From assembly GCA_030704615.1 (NCBI GenBank), contig CM060731.1, forward strand, positions 92,752,001 through 92,816,000: DNA of 64,000 nt, written 5' to 3'. Under the pieces are notes generated by a model. The model ran no database searches. It had not been told where the DNA came from and was given only the letters and a program-made list of their open reading frames with translations. The position numbers and the translations under genes were made by a program. This DNA comes from Takakia lepidozioides. Lineage: Eukaryota; Plantae; Bryophyta. This document shows positions 12,896 through 25,300 of this stretch, one piece after another. How positions within the stretch are numbered: the first letter of the stretch is position 1; the number at the start of each line of letters is the position of its first letter.

Positions 12896-13624
12896 TGTCG
12901 CGCACCTCACTTCGGTAAGCTCCCCCCTCAAGTCATAGTTACTTGCTTTGATGCGCGCGCCTGACTCCCAACCTGGCCGCCGGGCCAACTTGGAGCTTCG
13001 ACTGCTCACCGGGGCATAACGGTCCCCCTTTGTTCTCCCAAAGAACCCTCCACCGATTTGGAACCAGCGGGAATTCCCTTTGGTAGTTGGCAGTCCGGAA
13101 CAGCTCCCCACTCTTTGGTCGCTTTCCGGCTCGCTCGCTTACTCACTAGTTTTTGGTCACCAACGGGCTTGCACCGTTCTCGGGGTTACTACTCCCTATA
13201 TATACTTCTGTAGCTGTCCGCGGGGGTTTTACAACCAGCCATGCCATTTTATGGCGAACCACCACGAAAACCCTCGACTCCCGGTGATGAGTCGCGGTGA
13301 GTCTTGGCCCACTCACCACGGCCCCTATGGACCGTGATGAGTCCCAAGACTCCCCACGACTCCCACCACGAGGTCTCCGCCCCTATGGTGAGTCCTATGC
13401 CACCCCCACTAAGTCCCGCTAAGCTACCACCACCCCTTGTGGAGCCACCCCCACCGCAACCCGGTGTGCGGGGCTCCACCTAGTGAGCGCCTCCGCCTCC
13501 TTGAGTGCCTTGGGCACTCAAGGGTGCTTCAGCTCCCCATACCTATCGCTGCCGCTACCCCCACCACAGGGGCAGCCCCTCATGTGTCCCGACCCCCTGC
13601 CCTCAAGGCAAAAGGGCCGCGACA
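12896..13624 (-). repeat. 5' LTR of the chromovirus
   Basis: Direct repeat of 6652-7379, adjacent to the PBS. Confidence 0.96.
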
Positions 13625-16600
13625 CTTTGAGCCAAGGACAGGAGTCACCCAGGTGAAGGGCGTAGATATACAAGTTACTCCGCAGTACTTACAACAACTT
13701 TTTGAATTACCATCAGCTGGTAATGTGAGCGTGGATAAACACAGGGCAAGATTGCAAGTAGGGGATCTTTTCCAAGAAATGAGTTTCTTTAGGAACCAGG
13801 GATTCACTTGCACCAAAGCCGAGTATCCAGGGTTGAGGGAAATTGGCCAGATACTGAACATTATGTTTGCCATGAAACAGAACCAACAGTATCTTAGCAG
13901 ATCTTTTACGGAGGAGGTTCTGAAAGCTTAGAGAGGAGAAGATGTAGCTTGGGCGGAGATGATGCATAGTGATCTGGTGGAGGAGATGAAACGATTACAG
14001 ACTACTGCTGCCAAGTCCCCAATTATTGTATCTGGCCCAATTATTGCACAGATCATCTCTTTGATTCTTGCTTGCTTGATGTGCAAGAACGCAAAATAAT
14101 GGGGGTGTTTGAGGCAGCCACAACTGCAGTTAAGGAGCAAGGCTCTTCACAAGAGGAAGGAGGATTAGAGAGGCAACACCAGTCTAAGAGACAGAAGAGG
14201 GACGCAATTGTAATGGCGGATCTACTGGCCACGAGGAATCCTCACGATGATGTTTCCATAGCTCCCGCACAGGATGGGGTGCAACAGCACAATGGGTTGT
14301 TATTACTGGAAGCATAGCCATTAGAGAGGGAGGAAGAAGTCACCTCAGTGTCACGGCCAGCACAACAAGCTGACCAGATTGCCCCAGTGGTAACTCAGAC
14401 CGGACATGCTGTTACACCGGAGCCTCTTACTGTGGAGAGAGAGGGGTTGGACATCCCCACTATAGAGCAAGTAGTGGCAGAAATTGAGAAGGGCGACCTT
14501 CTCTATGAAAACTCTGGCATGGTCGGAAAACCCATAGTACAAAAGATGCAGAGTCTGCCCAAGGAAATCCCTGCTGTGCAGGTTATGCCCAAAACTGTGA
14601 CAGAGGTTAAAGAGGTAAAGGGCAAGAGTATTGCAGCGCCTGTGGAGGATGAGGTTGCTCAGGAAGAAGATCTTGTGGGATCATGGCCTGACTGGTTTGT
14701 GAAACATCAAACTGTGGAGAATCAGGAAGAACAGCAGCAAGTTCTCCATGTAGACCCAAAGCAGGCCATGCTTATGAGTTCCATAAGCAAGACTCTCAAT
14801 CTATTGGGCACCTATGTCAAGTCTCATGTTCCTTCCACTCAATTGGCAGCATTGCGGGAGGAGCTCAAGCAAGAGCTTGAGGCAAGAATTTCCACTGAGT
14901 GTGCAAACAGGGTGGATGTGAAGGCCAACCTCAAGTTGCAGGAAGAGTTGGAAGACACTAAAGTTGCCCTACAGCTTGCGAAGGAAAATTTAATTGAAGT
15001 AGGTCTTGAGCAGGAGAAGTTGCATGAAGTGCATAAGCAACAGCTATACCAGATACAGATTCATCATGAGGGCAAGTTCCATGAAGTGAAGTTGCTTCAT
15101 ACAGAATTGGAAGCAGTCCATCAGAAAATGATCGTGCAGTGTGCCACACTAACGACTAATCTAGAAATGGCTGCATTGGAAGTCAAGAACCAAGCTGAGA
15201 GATATATAACGGCAGAGACAGAGTCAATGGACCAGGGGAAACTCGTTGCTGACATAAAGGCTACTATCTGTCGCAATGAGGATACCATTCAACAGTTCCA
15301 CCGGGTCGATGCCCATAAGGACATGTACATCTTTGAATTGCAGCAAACAATCACAGTACGGGAGAATGAACTTTCTGTGAGTGAAAGGGCTTGGAAAGAA
15401 GCCAATAATCTGTTAGCTGCCTATACAGCTCTGGTTGAACCTCATGCGAAGCGCATGGAGAGTTTACAACAGCAGTTGGAAGCATACCGGCTCAAGGAGG
15501 AGCATGATCTCCGTGGTGTTACACACGACTTGGTGGATAATCATCTTTTGCAAGAGTGGTTAACACAAGGGCCAGTGGAAGGGAAAGCACCAAGAAAGCT
15601 CACCCAAGACGAGATGAATGATCTCAGGCTACGGGTGCAGAACATTGCCACAACCACTATAGACAATGTCTATAGTCGGATAGTTGAGTCATAGGAGGGT
15701 GTAGAAAGGCTGCAAACTCAAGTGGATGACTTGAGCTCCAACATTGACAAAATGGCCTTTGATCCTGAGGAACAGTTCATGGCTACCTATTTGCACGCAA
15801 GGACTTTGATTTTCCAATCTTCAGCACAGGAAGTGCAGGACTTGCCAACATCAGGAGGGACTATGGCAACAACATCACAACAACCACACCAGGTCGACAA
15901 TGTTGATACCATGGCACTGCAGCAATCACTGTCTGAGGTTTGGGGTGATGCTTCTTTTAATCCACCTACTATTCCTGCTGCACTCGAATACAATCGGGCT
16001 ATGATTATACCCTTCAACCAAATTCCCATTGTCATGGATTTGGCTTGGAAAGAATTCAGTCCTCCAGAGTCTTTGGCACACTATTACCAGATTATGCGCA
16101 TTTGGTTGCCAGTGGCAACTCGGACTAAAGTTCTTCCAACTGGCAGACCCATTGAAGATCACCATTTTGCGTGGTACTGGTCTGAGGCAGGAACCATGCT
16201 GAAGGAATTAATTGCCTTCCAGATTGTTCATGGATTCATTTACACCAAGACCAAGGAGGTACCTAGTTTGGTCATGGGTTGTGGACTGTAGTATGCTGCT
16301 TGTTTTATTTCACGTTATCACATTGAGCAGCAGAAGATGCAGATGAGATTTCAGATTTAATCCAGTGGGGAGCATTGGATGTTACCTTCAGTTCCACCAC
16401 ATACATATCTGTATGATGTAAGGATCGTGCTTCAGAAGGATCCCCAACTTCGTTCTTGGTTTACTTTTGCTCTGGAGAACTTGGCCAAGGAGAACTTGGC
16501 CAAGGAGAACTTGGGTCTTGACCACATTTTTCCCAAGGGGCATGAAGCCAGGAAGTGGCTACACTTCTCCAAAGTCATTGGCTCACCACTCAGCCATACA

Positions 16601-16974
16601 GATGATGAGCTACGGGCATATATTAATCTTGCCCGAAAGAGGTTGACACAAGTTTTACAGGGGGGAAGATGATTCGGATACTACTGGTTCTGTGGACGGA
16701 AATTTTGACATGGCTGAGGATTATGTATACAAATGGCGGAGAAGAAACGACGGGGATCTCCTATGCCTGAAAAGTTACCTCCATATCAGCCTAAGGCAGG
16801 ACAGTCAGATCCATCGAGTCGACAGTCATCCCCACCAGCCAGCAACATGGCTCGGGCTCACACACAGAGCCCTCCGAGGGACTCTCACCGGCAGAAGGGT
16901 ATTCGTTCACAGAGGTTTGTTGATCCTAAGCAGTAAACCATGAGGACGCGGCTTTTTGAGAGGGGGAGGGATAA

Positions 16975-17999
16975 TGTTATAGGGCTGTCTGGGACTTAGA
17001 TAGTTTTACGGGTTCTGTGGGGTACCCTTAATTTTGCACACACTTACGGATGGTAGACTTAGACCAACAGAGGTCGTAGGGGTGACAGACACAGGCTTAC
17101 ACAGCCTATCATAGTCAGTCACAGCCTGACATAGCCTGACACAGCTTGTCACAGCCTTATACAACCTGACACAGCTTGTCACAGCCTGATACACCCTTAC
17201 ACAGCCTGACACAGCCTGACACAGCTTGTCACAGTCTATCCCAGTCAGTCACAGCCTATCACAGTCTATCACAGTCTGACACAGCCCGACATAGCCACAG
17301 TCCGACACAGTCAGTTACAGCCCGACACAACTTGGCACACCCCGTCACAGCGTTCACAAGGAATGGATATCATTGGCAGGGAACGACTGTGTGGGAACGA
17401 CATCTGCAGAGGGAACGTGCATTCTGTCTTGGATAACAGTTAGTTAGTTAGGCGGTTAGAACAGCTTGCAGGTAGAATAGGCAGAGTAGCGACATGGAGG
17501 GAGTCACATCTAAGATCACTTCTTGGACATCACTTGAGGAGATCAGGCGGAGAGCACGATCTTGGAGCGCAGGGATGGAGAATACACAGAGGAGGAGATA
17601 CGACGAGATGATGCTTGATTCATGTAAGCTGTAGAGATGCACTGTAGAGCAGATTAGAGACACCATGGCTTCGGCCTGATACATGATAGATATTAATATG
17701 TTTCCTATTTCATATTCACACCGTGTAGAGAGATATGAGTGAAGCTGTGGAATGAATGCTTGAGTAGTTGGAACATGGTAGATTGCAAAAGCAATCTGAT
17801 ACTTATTCATAGACAGTAAGGTAAATTGCTAACATGAATGCGAGAAGGAATACAAATAGGAAGCACCCCCATGATACACTAGTTGTAGGTCATGACTGAT
17901 TGTTCTGAGCGGGCTGAGTACTTAGAGATTTCCAACTCTTCTATCTTGGAGTTTCCACCTCAGATAGCTAAGGGATGGGTGAATAAAAGCCGCTCGACA
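16975..17999 (+). repeat. 3' LTR of the deleted non-chromoviral gypsy
   Basis: TGTTA...CGACA following a PPT; homologous to the reverse complement of LTRs 34744-35684 and 46899-47825; internal CACAGCC repeat array. Confidence 0.9.
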
Positions 18000-18845
18000 T
18001 TAATTACGTGGCGTTCTTCCGTTGGTTGTACTGGAGTCATGTAGTCGTATTCATGAAGTTATGTAGTCAGGAGTGCCTCTGTGGAGTAGTCAGGTCCCTG
18101 ACTACATGATCTCGGTTGATTGCCTTCACGCATTTTGGGCTTTTGGTAGTTTGCTGCCATGTGTCAATCCTCAAACACATTGCCCACTTGGGCATATTTG
18201 ATGAGGGCGTTGTCTTTGTCGGTAATTGTGTGTGTGTCGGGATGTCTTCCTCTATCACAGAGGGTATGTTTGCTTTGTTTTCGATCAAAACGGTGCTCGT
18301 ATGAGGCCTTATTAAACACGTGTACTTCCTAGTGTTCCGCGCGGTGCTTCGAAGTCAAGTCTGTGGCTTCACAATGTCGTGTCCAGATTCGCAAGTGCGC
18401 GGGGGACTTGTAGCATTCACCTGTACTGAACTAGTGAAATTGCAGAAATTGCTTGCTTACAGTACATGATTGAAAAGAAATCCCAAAGTGTCTGTGAGTT
18501 TTCAAAGATGCGTATTCACCAGAAGACAAATTGTGATGTGATTTTAATTGGCAGGGCTACATAACATCCGATGATGAAGTGGATGCTGAAAGTAGTGTAC
18601 GACATGTTGGTAACGATGTTGATTTCGAGGGAGAAGCAGGGAATGGGCTACGGGGCCAGATTGCCCATGCTGTGCAGGATGCTTTCTGCATATCAGATAA
18701 CCTCAGGCAAAATCCCACCCCTGCAGCAAATGGCCCTCACTTGGAGAATGAGGATGGGGTTGAGCATGGCGTAAATCCCTTGAATGCATGATGGCGAAAA
18801 TATCGTTGGAGAGGAAGCAGGCGTGCCAAATGATTTGCAAAACTC

Positions 18846-20452
18846 ATGCGAGAGTCTCAAATCCCCTTATACGATGGGTGCGGTCATAGCCATTTGACAG
18901 CCACATTGGTGTTGCTCAATTCGTGCGCCACTCACAGATGCACAAACGCATTTGTGGATGAGCTATTCTCATTGTTGAGGCTGGAGATTTTGCCCAAACA
19001 TAACACCTTGCCCAAATCTCATTACGAAGCCAAAAATATGATTGCAATGATGGGCCTGGGATACAAATAGATCCATGCCTGTGAGCATGGATGTGTATTG
19101 TTTCATGGAGAGCTCGAGAAGGCAGCAATTTGCCCCAAGTGCCAGAGTCCCCGATACAAAAGCGGCTGTGGGAAGGTGCCCAAGAAGGTGCTGCGACACT
19201 TCCCTCTCATACCTAGATTGAAACGGATGTTCCGAGCTAAGTCGCTCGCACAGCTTATGCAGTAGCAACAACAATCACAGAAGTGCAGATGGCATGGTCC
19301 GACATGCTGCAGACAGTAAGGCTTGGCGCCATATTGACAACACATGGCCGGAGTTTGCATCAGATCCTCGCAATCTTTGTCTTGGATTGGCACTGGATGG
19401 GGTGAATCCTTATGGCACCAAATCCCAATCTTGGTCCACGTGGCCCATCCTGGTGCTCAATTATAATCTGCCTCCATGGTTGGTTGCTAAGAATTTTTTT
19501 GTGATGTTAACACTCCTGATTCCTAGAAAGGACATGTGACAAGTGAGAATCTAGATGTTTACCCGCAACCACTACTGGAGGAGCTAGCAACGTTGTGGGT
19601 GGGAGTTCCAGCCATGGATGTGGCAGGCAATGAAGGACAACGGGCATTTACCATGCGGGCAGTCGTCATGTGGTCCATACATGACTTCCCTGCCTATGGC
19701 TTGCTATCAGGTCAGGTTCACCAAGGGTACATTGCTTGTCCAGCATGTGGACCTCAAGTTGATTCTAGATATTCCCCAGCTTGCAAGAAATTGATATTCC
19801 AGGGGCATTGACGATATCTTCCCGAAAACCATGCCTACAGAAGATCCAGGCTTTTTAATGGGTCGCGAGACATGAGACCTGCTCCACATACAGTGACAGC
19901 CACCGAAATCATGGAGCATGCACGGAATTACAAACAATGGATTGATGATGGTGGGACTGCAGGCGCAGATGATGATCCCTCTAAGCTCTATGGCCTCAAA
20001 CGACTGTCCATTCTATTTGAATTGCCTTACTGGAAGGTGCGAATATCACACCTGGGTTTTGGGGAGTGCTTTGCATTGGTTTCATAGTTGTCCATGGTTG
20101 TTTGTTTCCAGCACATGTAGTGTTAACAACATTCATGATAGCACTGCAAAGCTCCTAATTTGGGCCAGCACATAGTGCAGCATCTTCTCATCCGCCACAC
20201 TTTTGACACCATGCATTGCAAAAAGAACTTGACAGAGAACATAATGAAGACCATTTTTGGAGAAAAGGACGCCATGAAAGTTCGGCGTGATCTGGAGTTG
20301 CAGGGCATTCGAAAGCCTTTGTGGTTACAACGCCATCCCACCAGAGTGGATACATGGGTAATGCCTGATGCGCCGTATGTGCTCACAAAACCTGAACAAC
20401 GGGTGTTCCTGGACATTATCACCAATCTGAAAGTGCCAACTGGTTATGCCAA
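18846..20452 (+). pseudogene. CACTA/EnSpm Tnp2 (TnpD-type) transposase pseudogene, 3'-truncated
   Basis: LPKSHYEAK, IHAC...CPKC, LALDGVNPY, YNLPPW, IHDFPAYGLLSG, LFELPYW, DTMH and LKVPTGY motifs; intron 20037-20180; stops and frameshifts. Confidence 0.93.
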
Positions 20453-20879
20453 TATGGGGTTGATGTTCTGTTGAATGGGGTCAGCAAGTTCAATTGTCTT
20501 CTGACCCTAAATATGTTACCCTGGCAGTACAATGGCTTGTCTCTTTCCTGTCCTGCACAATGTTTTTCAATCGTGATGGGGAATAACGGCGCCGAAATAC
20601 CTCATTCCGCATCCTGGACCAGAAGAAACAGAACCTATTATCGAGGTATGAGGACCTAATACCGTCAATAAAGGCACAAAAATTCCAATTCCGCGGATGC
20701 CCGCTCATGAGCTCATAGGCTCATGGGCTCATGGGCTCATGAAATAGTAAACCTCGAGTCCACCACGTGGGCACTCACGGACTCACCACGTACACGTGCC
20801 ACGTGGTGTTCCCAGATCCCCCCCCCCCCATACAGACATACATGTGACTATGAAGACCCCCCCCCCCCAACAACAACAA

Positions 20880-21130
20880 CACATGTCCATCACACGATAA
20901 ACCACGTGTTTGAAACACGACGCGACATGTGCTGACTTATGTTTTGTCCTCCGCAGTCATAGTTCACAATCAGGGGTGGCGCCTACATCTGACACGTGTC
21001 ATGTTCTGTAGAGAGCATGTGTCTCTCTTACACAGCGGATGACATGGACTACAGTGTCCGTTCAGTCATTCAATGTCGCCAGCGTGTATGACTATGGGCG
21101 CAGCAGCTCATGCGCCACCTCACAGACAAC
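20880..21130 (+). mobile_element. CACTA 3' subterminal relic
   Basis: TGACATGGACTACA.TGTCCGTTCAGTCATTCA...GCCAGCGTGTATGACTA is shared with ~51155-51210 of the CACTA element at 33260-51378. Confidence 0.75.
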
Positions 21131-22304
21131 CTTGCAACTCGCTCTGCCGACCCCTTGGGACAAGACTGACGCAATGGCAAAGTATGTCCTCCCCATTGAC
21201 ACCAGCGTGCGATTCACCCTCAGCACTACTGCTCTGCGTCTGAACCCTGCGTACACACCTCGAGAGCACATGAGAAGCCTCTGGTGGTCATCCGCCTGCT
21301 CTGCATCATGGAGCGCTTCTGGCCCTGGTGCCCAATAAGAAGTCTTGAAAGGAGGTAGCCTATACTATATGCGCTCACAAATGCATGCATATGGAGGAAT
21401 GTATGCGTGCATACAAATTTTAGATATGCATAGGAACAATTTTATATGCACAACACTTAAATAAGGGTACCCAAAAATAAATAAATAATTGTGATTCATC
21501 TAATCTTAGGGTCCATAGTCAAAATATCAAAGGATGGAATAAGAATATTCTATATAGAATATTCCATATTCATTGTATTATTATTCCACATGGGTGAGTG
21601 TAGGAATGGGAGATGAACATGTTGCTTTTATGGCTTTCCAACATGAGAAAAAAGGTCGAAAAATTAAAAAGTGACGAGGCACGGCTCCTTGTTAGATACA
21701 AATGGTGAAGGTACGGGCTCTTCCAATGGTGGGAGTCTAGTTTGAAGTTCAGAATGGAGCAATGCTAAGGGAATGCTAGGGAGCTTGACAATGCTAGGGA
21801 GCTTTGTTACATAGGTTTTGCAGTATCTATATATCTATCTTCTGAAACATTTTTATTTTACAAAAACATAATGTCCATCAGAGATAGAACCCACAACCTA
21901 TCGGGTATCAAGCCTAGTTCATACCACTACACTACCCATTCAGACTTGAAACACTAATGAAATGAAACACTAATGAGATAAAGATAGTCACCCTGTGTGT
22001 ACATAACATGCCACAATACTCATAAGGGTTGATCTTACTAATGATGAAATTTGATAGTGCTGAAGTGCATGTCGAACTTGCATTAAGGTAAAGGGATCTA
22101 TGAAATGCAGTAGAGATCTATGTACAAACTATTACATAGATAAATCAAATGACAGGAAGATAACATGAAATCTGATTTCAACACCATGTCATTTGCCCCA
22201 TTTGTTTTACCTTACACTAGAGAGAAATACATGTATCATAAAAAATAACAAAAAATTCGGACTGACAATGAGGACAATGTATTGTATATGTAATTTCTAA
22301 TTAC

Positions 22305-25300
22305 CTACATAACATCATCAGCTGATACTTCATCATCCGTGTCATAAGCCTGTGATTCAGAGGCATACACATCCATGAAAGCCTCAACTCTACGCAACCT
22401 ATCCACGGATTGTCCAACAATAGCTGCTCTTCGGTCAAACAAGAGATCATTGGAAAGACCTACATCACGTTGTTGATGTATTGAATGCAAAGCTTGGGAC
22501 TCGGCATACGAAGGTAGATAAAACGATGAAAGAGGACTTTGGGGTAGACTATCGTAGATGGTCCGCACAATCCCATCACTGCATCACACATACATGTATA
22601 CTTATGTTAACAAATCAAATGGGAATGGTTTGCTTTGCAAATAATATAGAGATTGCAACAAAGGGAATGGAGGCGAGACATACTCACTAGGAAGTACTGC
22701 CGAGATGAAGACCAAGCCCTTAGGAGCGGGGGGTTCCAACAAACTCACAGGACGTTGAATGGTTGGAGTTACCACAGATGAAACCAAAACGGGTTGAGTA
22801 TTTTGAAGTGCAGAGAGACGTGCTGCATACAACGTCTGGTCCCCCTCAAGACCAAATACGTGACGTCCAGACTCGCGGGCAGCAATAAATGTAGAACCTG
22901 CAGGAAAAAAACATGCAATGATGATATTATATCGGATAACAGTTAATGATCATGAATCAGCTCAGAAGATTTTAATTACAAAATGGAGACCAATGCAAAC
23001 CTGTGCCAGCTGTGAGATCCAAAATGCGGGAGCCAGGAGGTGAGCATGTCTCCAACAACACTTGCATGAAGGCGGGACTACGGTCTCGCGCACCCCTCCA
23101 GGCTTGTTGAGGAGTTTGCATGGGTAGTGCAACATCTGGAATGTGGTTGTAGATGGCATCCAACTCAACAGGGTCTGCAAGGGGGTCCACAACTTTGCCA
23201 GACTCACGCAGTTTGAATAGTCCTCCTTGCTTGGTGAGGACATGGGCGTGGAAGAACATGGTCTGTTAGACGTGCCATTTCCACAAAAACAGTGCACCCG
23301 GATGGTTTAATAATATGTATGAGAGTAGGAAGATGAAACATCAAACAATGAGATATTGAAGAGGGATGATTTTTACCTTTCCTGTCTGAGTGTGTAGAGG
23401 GGTGGTATTGATGCAAGTATATTTCCTTGATAATACGGAAATAGAGCTGCCCCTGGAGTAAGAAAAAGCTCCAATGCAAATGAATCATCGGAGCCCTGCA
23501 AGAACACCAAGCATCCATTGTCATCCAACAGGTCATTAGCAATGGAGAATGCATACTCCCAATACCGTTTATCAAAAGCATTCCAGGGAGGAACCTGTAC
23601 ACCATCCAAACAGCCCTGTACAGGCATTCCTGTTGGGCAGTCCACGATGATCATGTCCACAGCCACATGCACGCTTTTTCCATCCACAACACTAGACCAA
23701 GTTCCTGGCAACTGCAAACAACATACAGAAAATGTAGGAGTCAATAGCCGGATGATGAGGATATAAAAACATCGAAGAATTCCTTACATTCAAGTTTGTT
23801 TGTTGGGGGAAACTCACATTTTTTAGAACTCCATGAGCTCTTTCAAGGTCGCATCAGGAGATGTACTTGAGGCCTCCACCATATCAATGAAATGAGTAGG
23901 CATGATCTTCATGCGATACATGCTAGGTGCACCACCAGAAAATGACACTGCACTGTAAGGATGTTCGCCTGCCTTTGGCTTGTTTCCTCGAGTAGTAGGT
24001 GCAGGCACTACAACCAACTGATTTGAAGGATGTGAAGAACTACCAATAGGACCAGCAATAGAAGCCACACCTGCATTGGGGGCCACACCTGCATTGACAT
24101 CCGCACCTTTTCTTTTTCGTGATTTGCGTTTTGGTACACCCACAACGGCAGGGACCACTTGGGCTACAGCGTCAGCGGCCTGTGTAGCAATCTGTTCTGC
24201 ATGCTCCAGATCAAGAACAGGGACTTCAGTGGAGATACCCCCTTCATCACTCACTGACTGCCTGCGAACACATTCCTTATGAAGTCCCATTTCTGCATAG
24301 GGGATAGTACCCTTGGGCATATCCAAATACCAACCCCCCCCTTCCCGGTGTTCCACACCCCAATCTTCCTCAATTGCAGGTGTGTACATGGAAGCTTGTT
24401 GAGCACCAAACTTCCAGGCCATCAGAAACTTGGGCTCAGCCTTAAGTCGATCACTCGGTACAAGCACAAATCTCATGTACCTAAAATACAAACACATTCA
24501 AAGTTATTGTGGAGACAAATATTTATGCAACCTGTTCAACAATTGAACAAGCACATTAAGAAACATGTATATCCCAATGTACTAGAAAAATACTTGAAGC
24601 ATAGACATTTTTGACTTACAAGGTGTATACACTATCCATGTACAATGCAATGGAAAGATGGTACCTGAATAAAATCCGTCTCACCACCTTCTCCCCACCT
24701 GTTTGTTGTTCCCAATCATTGCCTCTGAATGGCCCCTTTGGCAATGAGAACTCTCTATGAAACAACTCATTGAAATGAGTCATCTTCCATGTATCCATGT
24801 AGTCTCCCAGACTCTCACTCTCTCCTTCCTCCAAGGCAACATGAAATTGGCCAAGCTGAGTGGTGTACAAGGCAAACTGAGCCAAGGCAACCTTGCGAAG
24901 CTGCCAGAAAATACAGTCAGTTAAATAACTATGTTAATGTGTCATCAACAAAATGAATTAATTGCATTGAGAAGATAGTGATTGTATATGTACCTGCCAC
25001 CAAAAAGTCCTTCTATTCAGCCAAGGATCAAGTGTTGGCCCACTGATAGGCCCGGGTGGAAAAAAATTACGGTCGTGAAGTGTTTGGTCTCCATTCCATA
25101 TATGTAGCCATTCCACCTTTTCTTCAGGATCCACCCGGGCGGTAGCAATGTTCACCATTTTCTCTTGGGTCATTTCCTCTGATCCTGCCTTTACACGTGA
25201 CCAATGCAGTTTAAGTTCTTGGAGAAACCCCTCTCCAAGGGTTGGATCAGCAATAGGAAGCAACTTCACAAGCTGACTCTTGTGTTGCTCCCTTGCTTTC

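Larger units (their letters stand above)
6652..13624 (-). mobile_element. Full-length Ty3/gypsy chromovirus LTR retrotransposon
   Basis: TG...CA LTRs 6652-7379 and 12896-13624; 5-bp TSD CTTTG (6647-6651, 13625-13629); tRNA-iMet PBS; gag-PR-RT-RH-INT-chromodomain order. Confidence 0.97.
6471..16936 (+). pseudogene. Extra ORF (ORF3) of the non-chromoviral gypsy, split by the chromovirus insertion
   Basis: MKRIREMEDLQVKSTTILQ at 6471 resumes after 13629 (FEPRTG). Collinear with ORF 39278-35724; several stops and a deletion. Confidence 0.88.
5911..17999 (+). mobile_element. Deleted non-chromoviral Ty3/gypsy copy (gag fragment, extra ORF, PPT, 3' LTR), related to 34744-47825
   Basis: gag zinc-knuckle fragment 5911-6275 closely matches the reverse complement of ~44755-44395 and joins directly to the extra-ORF leader (pol absent). 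PPT ~16957-16974, LTR 16975-17999. Confidence 0.88.
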
